A DNA stretch of 64,000 nt from Gammaproteobacteria bacterium (GTDB taxonomy: Bacteria > Pseudomonadota > Gammaproteobacteria > JAUZRS01): the NCBI GenBank assembly GCA_030949385.1, contig JAUZSP010000007.1, positions 67,210 through 131,209 of the forward strand, read 5' to 3'. Positions 37,548-47,838 of the stretch are shown here, piece by piece; position 1 is the first letter of the stretch, and every line of letters begins with the position of its first letter. Below the pieces are notes generated by a model. That model did no database searches. It saw only the letters and a list, made by a program, of their open reading frames with translations, and had not been told where the DNA came from. The position numbers and the translations under genes were made by a program.

Positions 37548-38480
37548 TTAACTTTTCGTCTGCATCGAATCTGCTGCAATAAAACGTCCGCGCATAATAC
37601 GAATTATTTTATGATCGTATTCAGGGTCAGTGGCATATCCAGCTTTTTTTAGCTCATGCAAGTAACGTTCTGCATCGTTGCTGTTAGCCAACGCCATTTT
37701 GTAACGCGGCTGTCTTTTGACGAACTGAATGTAATCATCAATGGACTCTTTCACCGAGCCATACGCACGAAACGCAGCCTTTTCAGTGACAAAACGATCC
37801 CGTTTAAACTCAACGGTGTTTATCACCACCCGTTCACCCTGCCAACGCTGATCGGCTTTGATACCAAACAGATTAAAGCTGCTCTGACCTGAGGCCTTTT
37901 TTGGAATCTTCTGCCCCCAACCGGTTTCCAAAGCCGCTTGGGCAATCAAAACATTGGCATCAATGCCTATTTTTTTCGCAGCGGCAACGGCGTAAGGTCG
38001 AAGAGAAGCGACAAATTCCGCCGGTGACTCTGCGGAAAAAGGCCGCTTCAACTCAGCCATTTCAGCCATTGGCCGTGTTGTTATGGGCTGTGCCTGAGGC
38101 GCTGTTTTTTCAGCTTGGAAATGACCTCTTTCAGGCACAGAAAAAAGCCTTTTAGACTCTTTAGCCTCTGTTTCGGGAGTGGTAGAGAGCTGCTGTTGCA
38201 GCAAATTTGAGATACCAAAACTGCCCCGCGAGGCCATTGTTACCGACAATTGATCATCGAACATCTGTTGGTAAAACTGAGTCGCTTGACTGTCAAAAAG
38301 ACCTTCGCCACTGCTAACACTGGCATCGCGCATACTTTTTAACATGATCTTGATAAAAAAAGCTTCAAACTGCTGTGAGACTTTTTTTAAGGTTTCCTGT
38401 TGACCGCCTGCCGCTCTCGCTTGGTATTTCAAACTGCTCAAAGAACGGTTATCAAAATAAAAGTCACCATTCAGACTCAC
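37548..38480 (-). CDS. flgJ: Flagellar rod assembly protein/muramidase FlgJ
   Basis: QQFEAFF...MLKSMR rod-binding domain; AQAALETGWG, NLFGIKA, GYATDP glucosaminidase domain. Confidence 0.95.
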   Translation of the reverse strand: MSLNGDFYFDNRSLSSLKYQARAAGGQQETLKKVSQQFEAFFIKIMLKSMRDASVSSGEGLFDSQATQFYQQMFDDQLSVTMASRGSFGISNLLQQQLSTTPETEAKESKRLFSVPERGHFQAEKTAPQAQPITTRPMAEMAELKRPFSAESPAEFVASLRPYAVAAAKKIGIDANVLIAQAALETGWGQKIPKKASGQSSFNLFGIKADQRWQGERVVINTVEFKRDRFVTEKAAFRAYGSVKESIDDYIQFVKRQPRYKMALANSNDAERYLHELKKAGYATDPEYDHKIIRIMRGRFIAADSMQTKS

Positions 38481-38490
38481 AATACACTCC

Positions 38491-39610
38491 TTAAATCACA
38501 ATCAATTGCGCCTTCAACGCACCCACCTGTTTTAAGGCTTCTAAAATCGCCACCAAATCACCTGGAGCCGCCCCGACCTGATTAACCGCTTTCACAATTT
38601 CACTCAAGGTCACCCCAGAATCAAACAAAAACATGCGATTGTTCTCTTGAGTCACTTCAATATCCTCTTTAGGCACCACCACCGTTTCACCTTGAGACAA
38701 CGCACCAGGCTGGCTGACAATGGGGTTGGAAGTAATGCTGACCGTCATGCCGCCGTGGGTCACCGCTGCCGGAGAAACGGTGACGTGGCTGCCAATCACA
38801 ATGGTTCCGGTGCGGGAATTAATAATGACTTTTGCCGCAGCTTCCCCAGGCACCACCTCTAAATTTTCTAAAAAAAGAGATAAAACCCACCCGCTGACCG
38901 CTCTCTTTTGGCGCTGAAACCCGAATGCTGGCCGCATCCAACGCCACGGCGGTCTTGGCTCCCAAGGTACTGTTTAAGGTATCGGTCAAATGTTTGGCGG
39001 TGGTAAAATCAGGTGAGTGCAGCAGCAGTTGAATGTAATCAGTTTGATTTAAAGCGGTTAACACCTCGCGTTCCACCATCGCCCCATTAGGAATACGGCC
39101 TACACTGGGAATGTTCAACGTCACACTGGAGCCGTCTTTGCCCTCGACACCAAAGCCCCCCACCACCAAACTGCCTTGAGCAATGGCGTAAATATTACCG
39201 TCAACGCCTTTTAAAGCGGTCATTAATAAACTGCCGCCACGCAAACTTTTCGCGTTACCCAAAGATGAGACGGTAATATCAATGCTTTGCCCCACCTTAG
39301 AAAACGCGGGCAACTCCGCATGCACAATCACCGCCGCAATGTTTTTCACCTGCGCTTTAACATTCGAGGGTAAGGTGACACCGTACTGACTTAACATCGA
39401 CTTTAAACTTTGCAGCGCAAAAGGCGCTTGGCTGCTTTGATCTCCCGAGCCATCCAAACCCACCACAATGCCATAACCAATCAATGGATTACTGCGCACG
39501 CCCGCAATGGAAGCCAGATCTTTAATCCGTTCTGCTGAGCCGATCGAAGGCAGCAGCGCTACACACATAAAACCGAACAAACCCACTCGCTTCAATACAC
39601 GCATAATCAT
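38491..39610 (-). pseudogene. flgI: Flagellar P-ring protein FlgI, split by a frameshift in an A7 run at 38870-38876 (real or sequencing artefact)
   Basis: N-terminal ORF 38819-39610 ([24 protein letters not shown]-like [11 protein letters not shown]) and C-terminal ORF 38491-38937 ([20 protein letters not shown]); removing one T restores ...GFISFLENLEV... Confidence 0.88.
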
Positions 39611-39613
39611 TCT

Positions 39614-40303
39614 CTAAAAAAACCAATATTCACTGGATATGAGACGCGATAACCAGCCTTGACTGTTAGCATCGCCAATGGTGCCGTCGCTGCCGTAATA
39701 AATTTTGGCATTGGCCACTTTTATCGAAGCGATGGTGTTGTCAGCACTGACGTCTTGCGGACGCAGCACTCCAGAAAAGCGCACCGATTCAGAACCTTGA
39801 TTAATACGTATCAACTTTTCCCCTCTCACCCTCAAATTGCCATTGTTTAAAATCTGTACTACCGAAACGGTAATATCACCTTTGAGGCTGTTGCTCTGAC
39901 TGCTGTCGCCGTTGCCTGAAAAACCTCTCTTGGCCTTCACCCCCGCATCCAATACCGGCAGACCACGATAGTTACCGGCACCGCCAAACAGAGTAGCAAC
40001 GCCAATGTCAATTTGATCGTTCTTCGAGGTGCTGGTGGAAGCCAAAGTTGAAGCGTTGGTTCTTTCACTCAATAAAATGGTTAAAATATCGCCCACCTGA
40101 TAGGCTTTATTATCTTTAAAGAGCGAAATCGAACTGTTTTGTCGATAAATAGCACCGTTCAGCAGTGTATTTTTTTTACTCTCTGGCGTGCGATCAATGG
40201 TTTCAAATTCAGTAGCCGCAAAGCGTTTTTTTTCATGGCTGGCACACGCACCAATGGACAAGATCAAGACGCTAATAAAAGCGCTTCGAATTAAAAACCA
40301 CAT
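39614..40303 (-). CDS. flgH: Flagellar L-ring lipoprotein FlgH
   Basis: Lipobox IGAC; LFKDNKAYQVGDILTI, NGNLRVRGEK, GVLRPQD. Confidence 0.96.
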   Translation of the reverse strand: MWFLIRSAFISVLILSIGACASHEKKRFAATEFETIDRTPESKKNTLLNGAIYRQNSSISLFKDNKAYQVGDILTILLSERTNASTLASTSTSKNDQIDIGVATLFGGAGNYRGLPVLDAGVKAKRGFSGNGDSSQSNSLKGDITVSVVQILNNGNLRVRGEKLIRINQGSESVRFSGVLRPQDVSADNTIASIKVANAKIYYGSDGTIGDANSQGWLSRLISSEYWFF

Positions 40304-40335
40304 AATCGACTCACTCCATAAGGGTAATGTAAAAT

Positions 40336-41121
40336 TTATACATTATTATTCAAAAACTTCAACATGCCATCTGCTGCCGAAATGGCTTTTGAATTCATCT
40401 CATAAGCACGCTGAGTCTCAATCAAATTCACCATCTCTTCCACCACATTCACATTGGACGTTTCGAGTGAGCCTTGGTTTAAACGACCTATGCCATTAAA
40501 ACCCGGTGTGCCGGTCTGTGCTCCACCACTGGCTGCGGTTTCCAAATAGAGATTTTCACCAATGGATTGCAAACCAACGGGATTAACAAAATCCGCCAAC
40601 TGAATGTTACCCACTTGAATCGGATCACTGTTACCTGGCAACATCACCGACACCGTACCGTCGTCACCGATGGTGATGCTCTGCGCCCCAGATGGAATGG
40701 TTATATTGGGTTGCAAAGCGTAACCGCTGGAGGTCACCATCTGACCTTGGTTGTCCAAATTAAAACTGCCATCACGGGAGTAAGCTAAATTGCCATCGGG
40801 CATCGCAATCTGAAAAAACCCCCGACCGTTAATCGCCATATCAAAAGAATTATTGGTCTGAACAATATTACCTTGAGTATGCAGCTTTTCCGTCGCTACC
40901 AGACGTACACCGGTGCCAATAGACAACCCTGAAGGCAGTTGCGTATCTTGCGAGCTCTGCCCCCCTGCTTGACGTACATTTTGATACAGCAGGTCTTCAA
41001 ATACCGCTCGGCTGCGTTTAAAGCCGGTGGTGTTCACATTAGCTAAGTTATTCGACACCACCGACATTTTTGCCTGCTGTGCATCCAAACCTGTTTTTGC
41101 CACCCAAAGTGCAGGGTTCAT
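40336..41121 (-). CDS. flgG: Flagellar basal-body rod protein FlgG
   Basis: [51 protein letters not shown]. Confidence 0.97.
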   Translation of the reverse strand: MNPALWVAKTGLDAQQAKMSVVSNNLANVNTTGFKRSRAVFEDLLYQNVRQAGGQSSQDTQLPSGLSIGTGVRLVATEKLHTQGNIVQTNNSFDMAINGRGFFQIAMPDGNLAYSRDGSFNLDNQGQMVTSSGYALQPNITIPSGAQSITIGDDGTVSVMLPGNSDPIQVGNIQLADFVNPVGLQSIGENLYLETAASGGAQTGTPGFNGIGRLNQGSLETSNVNVVEEMVNLIETQRAYEMNSKAISAADGMLKFLNNNV

Positions 41122-41144
41122 AGGTGCTCCTTTTTTAGTCTCTT

Positions 41145-41885
41145 TTAGCCCATACGCAACAAGCGAGCCGAAGCAGCGTCGTTATCTTGAGCGGCTTTCA
41201 TTAATTTAATCTGCGCCTCAAATGCACGAGAATATTCGATTAAATTAACCATCGCTTCAATGGCGTTGACATTACTCGATTCCAACGTGCCACTGCTCAA
41301 CCGCACGCGGGCATCGGCCTCCAACAACTCCCCTGATCTTGGGTGAAACAGCGCATCATTGCCCTTATACAGCTCACCCTCATTGGGCTGCACCAATTTA
41401 ATCCGATCAATTAACACCATTGAGGTTGCCGGTTGCCCCAAAGGTTGAATGCTGATACTGCCATCCGCCGCAATCAGCACATTGTCGTGGGGCGGTAAAC
41501 TGATCGGCCCACCCTCTCCCAATATCAATTCACCAGAACCGTTACGCAACAAGCCATTGCTGTCCAAACGCAGATCACCACGGCGACTGTAGGCCTCTTC
41601 ACCTTGGTCTGATTCCACTGCCATCCAACCTTTACCCGTAATGGCCACATCCAAAGCCCGCCCTGTGGACTGAAGATCCCCAGCTTGAAAATCAGCACCG
41701 GCTCGCTCCGTTTCCGCATAAACACGGCTGGGCTGACCTGGGCCGTAAACGGGCAGCTGTTTAAAATAATCAATATCAGACTTAAAACCGGTGGTATTTA
41801 GATTGGCCAAATTATTACTGTTACTGGTCTGCGCTAACATAATATTTTTAGCGCCGCTCATCGCCACATAAAGCACACGATCCAT
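41145..41885 (-). CDS. flgF: Flagellar basal-body rod protein FlgF
   Basis: [37 protein letters not shown]. Confidence 0.96.
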   Translation of the reverse strand: MDRVLYVAMSGAKNIMLAQTSNSNNLANLNTTGFKSDIDYFKQLPVYGPGQPSRVYAETERAGADFQAGDLQSTGRALDVAITGKGWMAVESDQGEEAYSRRGDLRLDSNGLLRNGSGELILGEGGPISLPPHDNVLIAADGSISIQPLGQPATSMVLIDRIKLVQPNEGELYKGNDALFHPRSGELLEADARVRLSSGTLESSNVNAIEAMVNLIEYSRAFEAQIKLMKAAQDNDAASARLLRMG

Positions 41886-41898
41886 AAATCACTCCAGC

Positions 41899-43128
41899 CT
41901 AAATGTTCATAATCGTTTGCGTCAGCGAACTGGAGGTCTCAATCGCCTTAGCATTGGCCTGAAAATTACGTTGCGCGGTAATCAATTTAACCAATTGCTG
42001 GGTTAAATCCACATTGGAAGCCTCCACCGCGCCACCTTTGACCGCACCGAGACGACCGTTATTGGCCTCACCCGCCATCACCGCACCAGAATCAATCGTT
42101 TCCACCCAAGCACTGTTACCCACAGACTGCAATCCCTGAGGATTACGAAAATCAGCCAAGGCTACTTTCCCCAAGGGACGACTTTCTCCGTTACTAAAAT
42201 TGGCCTGCACTAAACCATCCTCAGAAATACTCATACCACTCAATGAACCAGTGGTATTGCCATCTTGCGCCAAACTCAGAACCGCAAATGCAGAAGAAAA
42301 TTGGGTGCTGCCACTGTAATTGCTGCTCAAAGTCAAAGGGTCGGCACCGTTGGACAAAGGAAAACCGGCAAACGAAACAGCACCGCCTACAGGCGCAGTT
42401 AAAGCCCCTGTAGGGTCAAACTGCAAGGTCTCACTGCCATTTGCGGTTAAAGCAGCACCATCCAAAAAACTGCGACTCTCCCAGCTGTTATTTACCGCAC
42501 TGGTTTTAAAAAAATAATTGGTCATTACATGGGTATTACCCAAAGAGTCATACACCGTCGCCGAAGTTGAGTGGTTATAGGTGGTGGCATTCAATGGATC
42601 AAATCCCGCCACAGGCAATACCGGAGCAGTCGCCGGAAAATTAGCCGACAATGAGATAGAAGTCGTCGCCGTTGGCGCACCGAACTCTTCTGGGATCAAC
42701 AGCGGCCCTGCTGAGGAAAGATTAGAAGAAGAGACCGTGCCATCGGGGTTAACCGGAAAAGCCTGCATAAATTGGCCGGAGCTATTAACCACATAACCGT
42801 CCTGATTGACATGAAACCCTCCGGCGCGGGTATACACTCGATCAGCACCATCGGGCGTATTTGATGCCACAAAAAAGCCGCGTCCACTGATGGCCAAGTC
42901 CAAACTGTTGTTGGTGAATTCCAAATTACCCTGACTGAAATTTTGATTCACCGCAGCCAGCTGAGCACCGGAGCCAATGTTGCTGGCACCGGTTGCGCTG
43001 AACACATCGGAAAATTCCGTACGCGAGCCTTTAAAACCAATCGAACCCACATTGGCAATGTTATTACTGGTTACACTCAGATCTGAGGCAGCAGCATTTA
43101 AACCACTCAACGATGTATTAAATGACAT
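41899..43128 (-). CDS. flgE: Flagellar hook protein FlgE
   Basis: MSFNTSLSGLNAA, NNIAN, YTRAGGF, EASNVDLTQQLV.LI.AQRNFQANAK. Confidence 0.97.
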   Translation of the reverse strand: MSFNTSLSGLNAAASDLSVTSNNIANVGSIGFKGSRTEFSDVFSATGASNIGSGAQLAAVNQNFSQGNLEFTNNSLDLAISGRGFFVASNTPDGADRVYTRAGGFHVNQDGYVVNSSGQFMQAFPVNPDGTVSSSNLSSAGPLLIPEEFGAPTATTSISLSANFPATAPVLPVAGFDPLNATTYNHSTSATVYDSLGNTHVMTNYFFKTSAVNNSWESRSFLDGAALTANGSETLQFDPTGALTAPVGGAVSFAGFPLSNGADPLTLSSNYSGSTQFSSAFAVLSLAQDGNTTGSLSGMSISEDGLVQANFSNGESRPLGKVALADFRNPQGLQSVGNSAWVETIDSGAVMAGEANNGRLGAVKGGAVEASNVDLTQQLVKLITAQRNFQANAKAIETSSSLTQTIMNI

Positions 43129-43146
43129 TTTTCACGCTCCAAAAAA

Positions 43147-43830
43147 TTACTGAATTCGTTTGGCTTGGCTCAAGGGCAACAGACCCATGCCTTCCAAATC
43201 CAACATAACCTCACCACCACCGTTGGCCATCGTCACACTGTTTACCCGTGCGGTGGCAAAGGTTGGGTAACTCTGTGTCAGCCCATTTTGCTGGCCTTCT
43301 GCCACCACGCTGTATTCACCCAATGGCGCCGTGGATCCATTTGCGGTGAAACCATCCCAGTGGTATTTCAATAGGCCGCCACCGTCATTAACCACCGATA
43401 CGCTCTGCACCAACTGACCCGCTGCATCGTAAATATTTACCTTTATGTTCTGCGCTGCACTGCCAGCCCCAATCTCACCGCGCATTCCAACGTCCACTTG
43501 CAGACTGTTTCGATCACTGCTGACCAATACATCTCGACCGATCAGGCTGGCCGCTTGCAAGGTCTGATTGGACTGCAAAACCGAACTCACCTCAGAAAAA
43601 GAGTCTTGCAAACCTTGAATGCCATTAACCGTACCAAACTGAGCCATCTGCCCCAAAAATGCGCTGTTATCCATCGGTGAAAACGGATCTTGATTTTTCA
43701 TCTGGGTGGTCATTAACTCTAAAAAAGCATCCTGACCCAGCTCTTTTGCACTGCCATTGTCTGTTTGGGCTGCGCTGCTCAAACCGGCCTGCTCATAAAT
43801 CGTTGTTGCATTACTTATTGCCACCATCAC
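43147..43830 (-). CDS. flgD: Hook-capping protein FlgD
   Basis: LGQDAFLELMTTQMKNQDPFSPMDN. Confidence 0.95.
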   Translation of the reverse strand: MMVAISNATTIYEQAGLSSAAQTDNGSAKELGQDAFLELMTTQMKNQDPFSPMDNSAFLGQMAQFGTVNGIQGLQDSFSEVSSVLQSNQTLQAASLIGRDVLVSSDRNSLQVDVGMRGEIGAGSAAQNIKVNIYDAAGQLVQSVSVVNDGGGLLKYHWDGFTANGSTAPLGEYSVVAEGQQNGLTQSYPTFATARVNSVTMANGGGEVMLDLEGMGLLPLSQAKRIQ

Positions 43831-43845
43831 TCATCTCCTAAACGT

Positions 43846-44256
43846 TTATTCACCTAACATCAACGTGCGTAACAGCAATTTTTTGGAGGTATCCAAAACA
43901 TCAATGTTATTTTGATACGAGCGTGAGCTGGAAATCATATTGGCCATCTCCTCCACTCGATTCACATTGCTCGCATAGACATTTCCCTCGCCATCGGCCA
44001 AGGGGTGATCCGGAGCGTAACGCACATCAACAGGCGCATGGCTCTCCACCACCCCACGCACCTGTACGGCAACCGAAGGATTATTTTTCACCCCATTTAA
44101 AACCGCCTGAAAAATAGGTGCGCGAGCATGATATGCCTCCTTTGCAGAGCCACTGACCGTATCGGCATTGGCCAAATTACTGGCGGTGATGTTCAAGCGC
44201 AGAGATTGCGCACTCATGGCGGAACCCGCCACATCAAAAACAGAAAATAGAGACAT
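43846..44256 (-). CDS. flgC: Basal-body rod protein FlgC
   Basis: RLNITASNLANADT, YAPDHPLAD, SNVNRVEEMANMI. Confidence 0.96.
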   Translation of the reverse strand: MSLFSVFDVAGSAMSAQSLRLNITASNLANADTVSGSAKEAYHARAPIFQAVLNGVKNNPSVAVQVRGVVESHAPVDVRYAPDHPLADGEGNVYASNVNRVEEMANMISSSRSYQNNIDVLDTSKKLLLRTLMLGE

Positions 44257-44258
44257 AA

Positions 44259-44654
44259 TCAATTGCCCTTAATGGCCGTTAACAGGCCTTTGAATTTACC
44301 GCCAAGCAATTGCAGAGTGGCTTGATAACGAACCGAATTTTCCGAAAAGGCCGCTTTTTCCAATTGAGGATCCACCGTATTGCCATCCAAAGAGGCCTGA
44401 TTCGGATTACGATATTGCAACACCGTAGAAAACGAACGGTTGGAAGCAGTGATATGCCGTGGATTGTTGTGCGACAGTGGCAATGGAGACGCCTGCTGTG
44501 ATTGTGATAATATTGATCTGAAATCAATATCTTTGGCTTTGTAATTCGGTGTGTCCGCATTGGCGATATTAGAAGCTAAGATCACCGTACGCTGCGAACG
44601 CAAATAGAGCGCTTTCTCATGCACTCCTAATACTTTATCAAAGTTGAACCCCAT
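44259..44654 (-). CDS. flgB: Basal-body rod protein FlgB
   Basis: LASNIANADTPNYKAKDIDF, DGNTVD. Confidence 0.96.
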   Translation of the reverse strand: MGFNFDKVLGVHEKALYLRSQRTVILASNIANADTPNYKAKDIDFRSILSQSQQASPLPLSHNNPRHITASNRSFSTVLQYRNPNQASLDGNTVDPQLEKAAFSENSVRYQATLQLLGGKFKGLLTAIKGN

Positions 44655-44688
44655 TTCAGCTCCTTGTCACTGTAATAACAATGCAGGG

Positions 44689-44704
44689 GCAGTATGTATG
44701 CCAA
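44689..44704 (-). promoter_or_regulatory. Sigma54 promoter of the flgB operon
   Basis: Minus strand TTGGCATACATACTGC = GG-N10-GC, in the 58-bp cheV-flgB gap. Confidence 0.75.
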
Positions 44705-44712
44705 CAAGGAAT

Positions 44713-45654
44713 TCAACTCATCTCTTGCAACGCTTTCATATTTTTAATAATCGATTTAGCCAAGGCATCGGAACTGAATTTAGAGATAAATTCATCAGCG
44801 CCCACTTTACTCACCATCGACTGGTTAAATCCGCCACTTAATGAGGTGTGCAAAATGACTTTTAGATGCTTTAGATCGTCGTTTTTACGGATGTTTCGAG
44901 TTAAAGTATAACCGTCCATTTTTGGCATTTCGATATCTGAAATAATCATTGCCAAACGTTCAAACTCAGGATCAGCGTTGCTCGCCCAGCCACTCAACAA
45001 CGTCAGTGCTTCTTCACCGTCCAATGCCAACACCGTTTCACAACCAATTTGCTCTACGGTGCGTTTGATCTGGTTGCGTGCCACCACCGAGTCATCAACG
45101 ATCAAGATCAGCTTTTTCTCACAGTGATCCAAACAATCCGATTGAATGTACTTATCGGAGAGAGACTCATCTGTACCGATCACCTCGGATAAAACCCGCT
45201 CCACATCAATGATCTCAATCATCTCACCGTCAATTTTAGTCACCGCCGTTAAATAACTGGAGTTGATTCCTCCCTTAGGCAAGGGCAAGATATCCTTCCA
45301 ACTCTGGTTGACAATACGATCCACCGCAGAAACCAAAAAACCCTGCATATTATTATTATATTCAGTAATAATTAGGAAGGATGACTTCTGCTCATCCATA
45401 TTCATCGCACGTAAACCGATAGAGAAACTCAAATCCATCACTGACATGGTGGTGCCTCGAATGTGCGCCATGCCTCGAATCACTGGATGAGCTTTGGGGA
45501 TCACAGTCAAAGGTGGGCATTGAATCACCTCCCGCACTTTGAACACGTTGATACCAAAACATTGCTTACCAGAGAGACGAAACAACAGCAGCTCCATTCT
45601 GTTTTGCCCTGCCAGCTGCGTACGGGTATCTACAGAAGCGATAAATCCAGCCAT
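44713..45654 (-). CDS. cheV: Chemotaxis protein CheV (CheW-REC)
   Basis: RTQLAGQNRMELLLF, FGINVFKVREV, ISDIEMPKMDG; ATG 45654 preferred as start. Confidence 0.95.
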   Translation of the reverse strand: MAGFIASVDTRTQLAGQNRMELLLFRLSGKQCFGINVFKVREVIQCPPLTVIPKAHPVIRGMAHIRGTTMSVMDLSFSIGLRAMNMDEQKSSFLIITEYNNNMQGFLVSAVDRIVNQSWKDILPLPKGGINSSYLTAVTKIDGEMIEIIDVERVLSEVIGTDESLSDKYIQSDCLDHCEKKLILIVDDSVVARNQIKRTVEQIGCETVLALDGEEALTLLSGWASNADPEFERLAMIISDIEMPKMDGYTLTRNIRKNDDLKHLKVILHTSLSGGFNQSMVSKVGADEFISKFSSDALAKSIIKNMKALQEMS

Positions 45655-45846
45655 ATAAAAAATTTCCGTTAATGTCTTGACACCAAAATGATCCTGAGAC
45701 CTTGAACCTATTATTATTTGAGCAATAAACAATCCAGCTCAAACACAACAACTTGATCTGGAACAGCTATTGCTTGGTAACAATACAAGGCTATTTTAAA
45801 CAGCCAACCAAAACAAATAAGACATTATTTATCAAGTAGTTAGAAA

Positions 45847-46593
45847 ATGAATTCAATAACCGTCAAATTTTCACCACTCAATATCAAGTCTTTCATAGGC
45901 TGGTTAAGGGTCACTCTATTCGCCTCTGTGCTGTTTCACAGTCCCAATATATTTGCGGTTAATCAAACACTATCTTTAGAGATAGAGCACGAAATCATAA
46001 AATTTATTCAAAAAAACAGCAGGCTATCTGCAACCAACCTTGAAATCGAAGTCAATACATTAGATCAAAACCTGAAACTAAAACCCTGCGATAAAAAAAT
46101 AGAAGTTGCCTATGCAGGTAAACAGAACAATACCGGCAGAGTGCTGCTTAAAGTACATTGCTCTGCTCCACATCGCTGGAAAATTTATTTAAGCGCCAAA
46201 ATAGACTACAAAGTCACAGTCCTCATGACTCGTCGCTCTTTACCTAAAAACAGTATTTTGACTTCAAAAGACATCAACATAACCGAGCAAAAATTATCAA
46301 ACCTACCTCGCGGTTATTATTCAAGTCTAAGTGAATTGAACGGATTACAAACCAAACGAATCTTACGAAAAAATCAAATCATCTCACCGTATCAACTGAC
46401 AAAACAGGATCTGATTAAATCAGGAGATACAATTTTACTGATTGCTCAACGGGCGGGAATTAGGGTTAGCATGCAAGGACGTGCGCTAAACAAAGGTGCA
46501 AATGGTGATAAAATTCGAGTTAAAAACAGCAGTTCTGGACGTATTATAGAAGCCACGGTGATTCGAAATGGTGTTGCATCGGTTGTTTATTAA
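45847..46593 (+). CDS. flgA: P-ring assembly chaperone FlgA
   Basis: SAF-like domain; GRAL..G..GD.IRVKN.SSGRII motif; divergent from cheV. Confidence 0.9.
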   Translation: MNSITVKFSPLNIKSFIGWLRVTLFASVLFHSPNIFAVNQTLSLEIEHEIIKFIQKNSRLSATNLEIEVNTLDQNLKLKPCDKKIEVAYAGKQNNTGRVLLKVHCSAPHRWKIYLSAKIDYKVTVLMTRRSLPKNSILTSKDINITEQKLSNLPRGYYSSLSELNGLQTKRILRKNQIISPYQLTKQDLIKSGDTILLIAQRAGIRVSMQGRALNKGANGDKIRVKNSSSGRIIEATVIRNGVASVVY

Positions 46594-46615
46594 TATGAAC
46601 ACGATGACTGTTTGC

Positions 46616-46642
46616 TCAATATGAGCAAATTTCAGCCGTTAC
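46616..46642 (+). promoter_or_regulatory. Sigma28 promoter of flgMN
   Basis: TCAA-N15-GCCGTTAC. Confidence 0.7.
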
Positions 46643-46687
46643 AAGACCGTGATTCTTAATTACCCCACTCTATTGGAGCAACCTAAC

Positions 46688-47005
46688 ATGTCTTACACAG
46701 TCCCCAGCCTTACAAACAACCGTACTGCTACTCTACCCAGCAATTCACAGACCAATAACGAATCCAGCAGTGGCAACAGCAAAATAACCGCCATCCAACC
46801 TACCACCAAAACCGATGTGCTTACTCTCAGCCAAACCGCCAAAAGCCTCAACAGCAACGAGCAACTTCTCTCTGCCAAACCAGAAATAGATCTAGAAAAA
46901 GTCGCCAGTATCAAACACGCATTGGCCAATGGAACCTACCCCTTGGATGCCGAAAAAGTGGCTGCCAAGTTCATAGAAATAGAAGGTCTTTTAGGAAAAC
47001 TGTAA
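46688..47005 (+). CDS. flgM: Anti-sigma28 factor FlgM
   Basis: D.LTLS, IDLEKVASIKHALANGTY..DAEKVA; GGAG RBS before ATG 46688. Confidence 0.92.
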   Translation: MSYTVPSLTNNRTATLPSNSQTNNESSSGNSKITAIQPTTKTDVLTLSQTAKSLNSNEQLLSAKPEIDLEKVASIKHALANGTYPLDAEKVAAKFIEIEGLLGKL

Positions 47006-47502
47006 TGCACAACCACGCAGCCCAAATTCAAGATGAAAACCTATACCGCATTCTTGGCAAAGAGTACGATACCAGTCGGCAATTGCTGAGTTGCCTAGAA
47101 AAAGTCTCTGTGGCGCTGAAAAGCGGCGATATGGAGCCGCTTTCCGACCTGATTCAGGCTGAAAATCGCCTCAGCCAACAACTGGAACATCTCTCCGATA
47201 AACATCGACGTCTCATCAGCAAAGAAGGTTACGCTTTTAGTAATAAAGGCATGAACGATTATCTGCGTGACAAACAAGCCCCCACAGCAGTCAAAGAGGA
47301 GTGGCGCACAACCGTAGAGCTACTGGCAAAATGTGAGCATGAGAACCAACAAAATGCACTCCATACCCATCAACAGAAAAATTTAATCGAAGACGCACTA
47401 CGCGTGCTGCAAGACAATTCTGATGCACCACACATCATCTACAACGCTCAGGGCAAGTCACAACTGAATGAGTGGAGAAAAAGAACCTTAGGCAATGCCT
47501 AA
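47005..47502 (+). CDS. flgN: Flagellar chaperone FlgN
   Basis: Helical protein after flgM; C...NQ.N and Y...G patterns. Confidence 0.8.
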   Translation: MHNHAAQIQDENLYRILGKEYDTSRQLLSCLEKVSVALKSGDMEPLSDLIQAENRLSQQLEHLSDKHRRLISKEGYAFSNKGMNDYLRDKQAPTAVKEEWRTTVELLAKCEHENQQNALHTHQQKNLIEDALRVLQDNSDAPHIIYNAQGKSQLNEWRKRTLGNA

Positions 47503-47718
47503 TTATTTAGAAGAGGAGTTATTATCGTCATCGGATTTACCGAACAAAAACGAGGTCATGCTGCCCATAAACAACAGCAACATGCCGTACGGAGTTAGAG
47601 CAAGGATATTAACACCCCAGCTGTCTGGATAAAGAAACAGAACGCTAAAACCGACAACAAAACCAAAAACCGTCACAAACAAACCGATATAGGTCATTAA
47701 ACGCCCTATCAGATCCAT
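47503..47718 (-). CDS. Small two-TM hypothetical membrane protein
   Basis: 71 aa from ATG 47718 with two hydrophobic helices; stop abuts the flgN stop. Confidence 0.6.
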   Translation of the reverse strand: MDLIGRLMTYIGLFVTVFGFVVGFSVLFLYPDSWGVNILALTPYGMLLLFMGSMTSFLFGKSDDDNNSSSK

Positions 47719-47739
47719 AACGACGATCTCAAAATGAAG

Positions 47740-47815
47740 TGGTGGAGCTAGGCGGGATCGAACCGCCGACCTCTTGCGTGCCACGCAAGCGCTCTCCCAG
47801 CTGAGCTATAGCCCC
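47740..47815 (-). tRNA. tRNA-Ala(GGC)
   Basis: GGGGCTATAGCTCAGCTGGGAGAGCGCTTGCGTGGCACGCAAGAGGTCGGCGGTTCGATCCCGCCTAGCTCCACCA; G3-U70 alanine determinant; encoded CCA. Confidence 0.97.
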
Positions 47816-47838
47816 ACAAATGTGGAAGAGCGCGCAGT

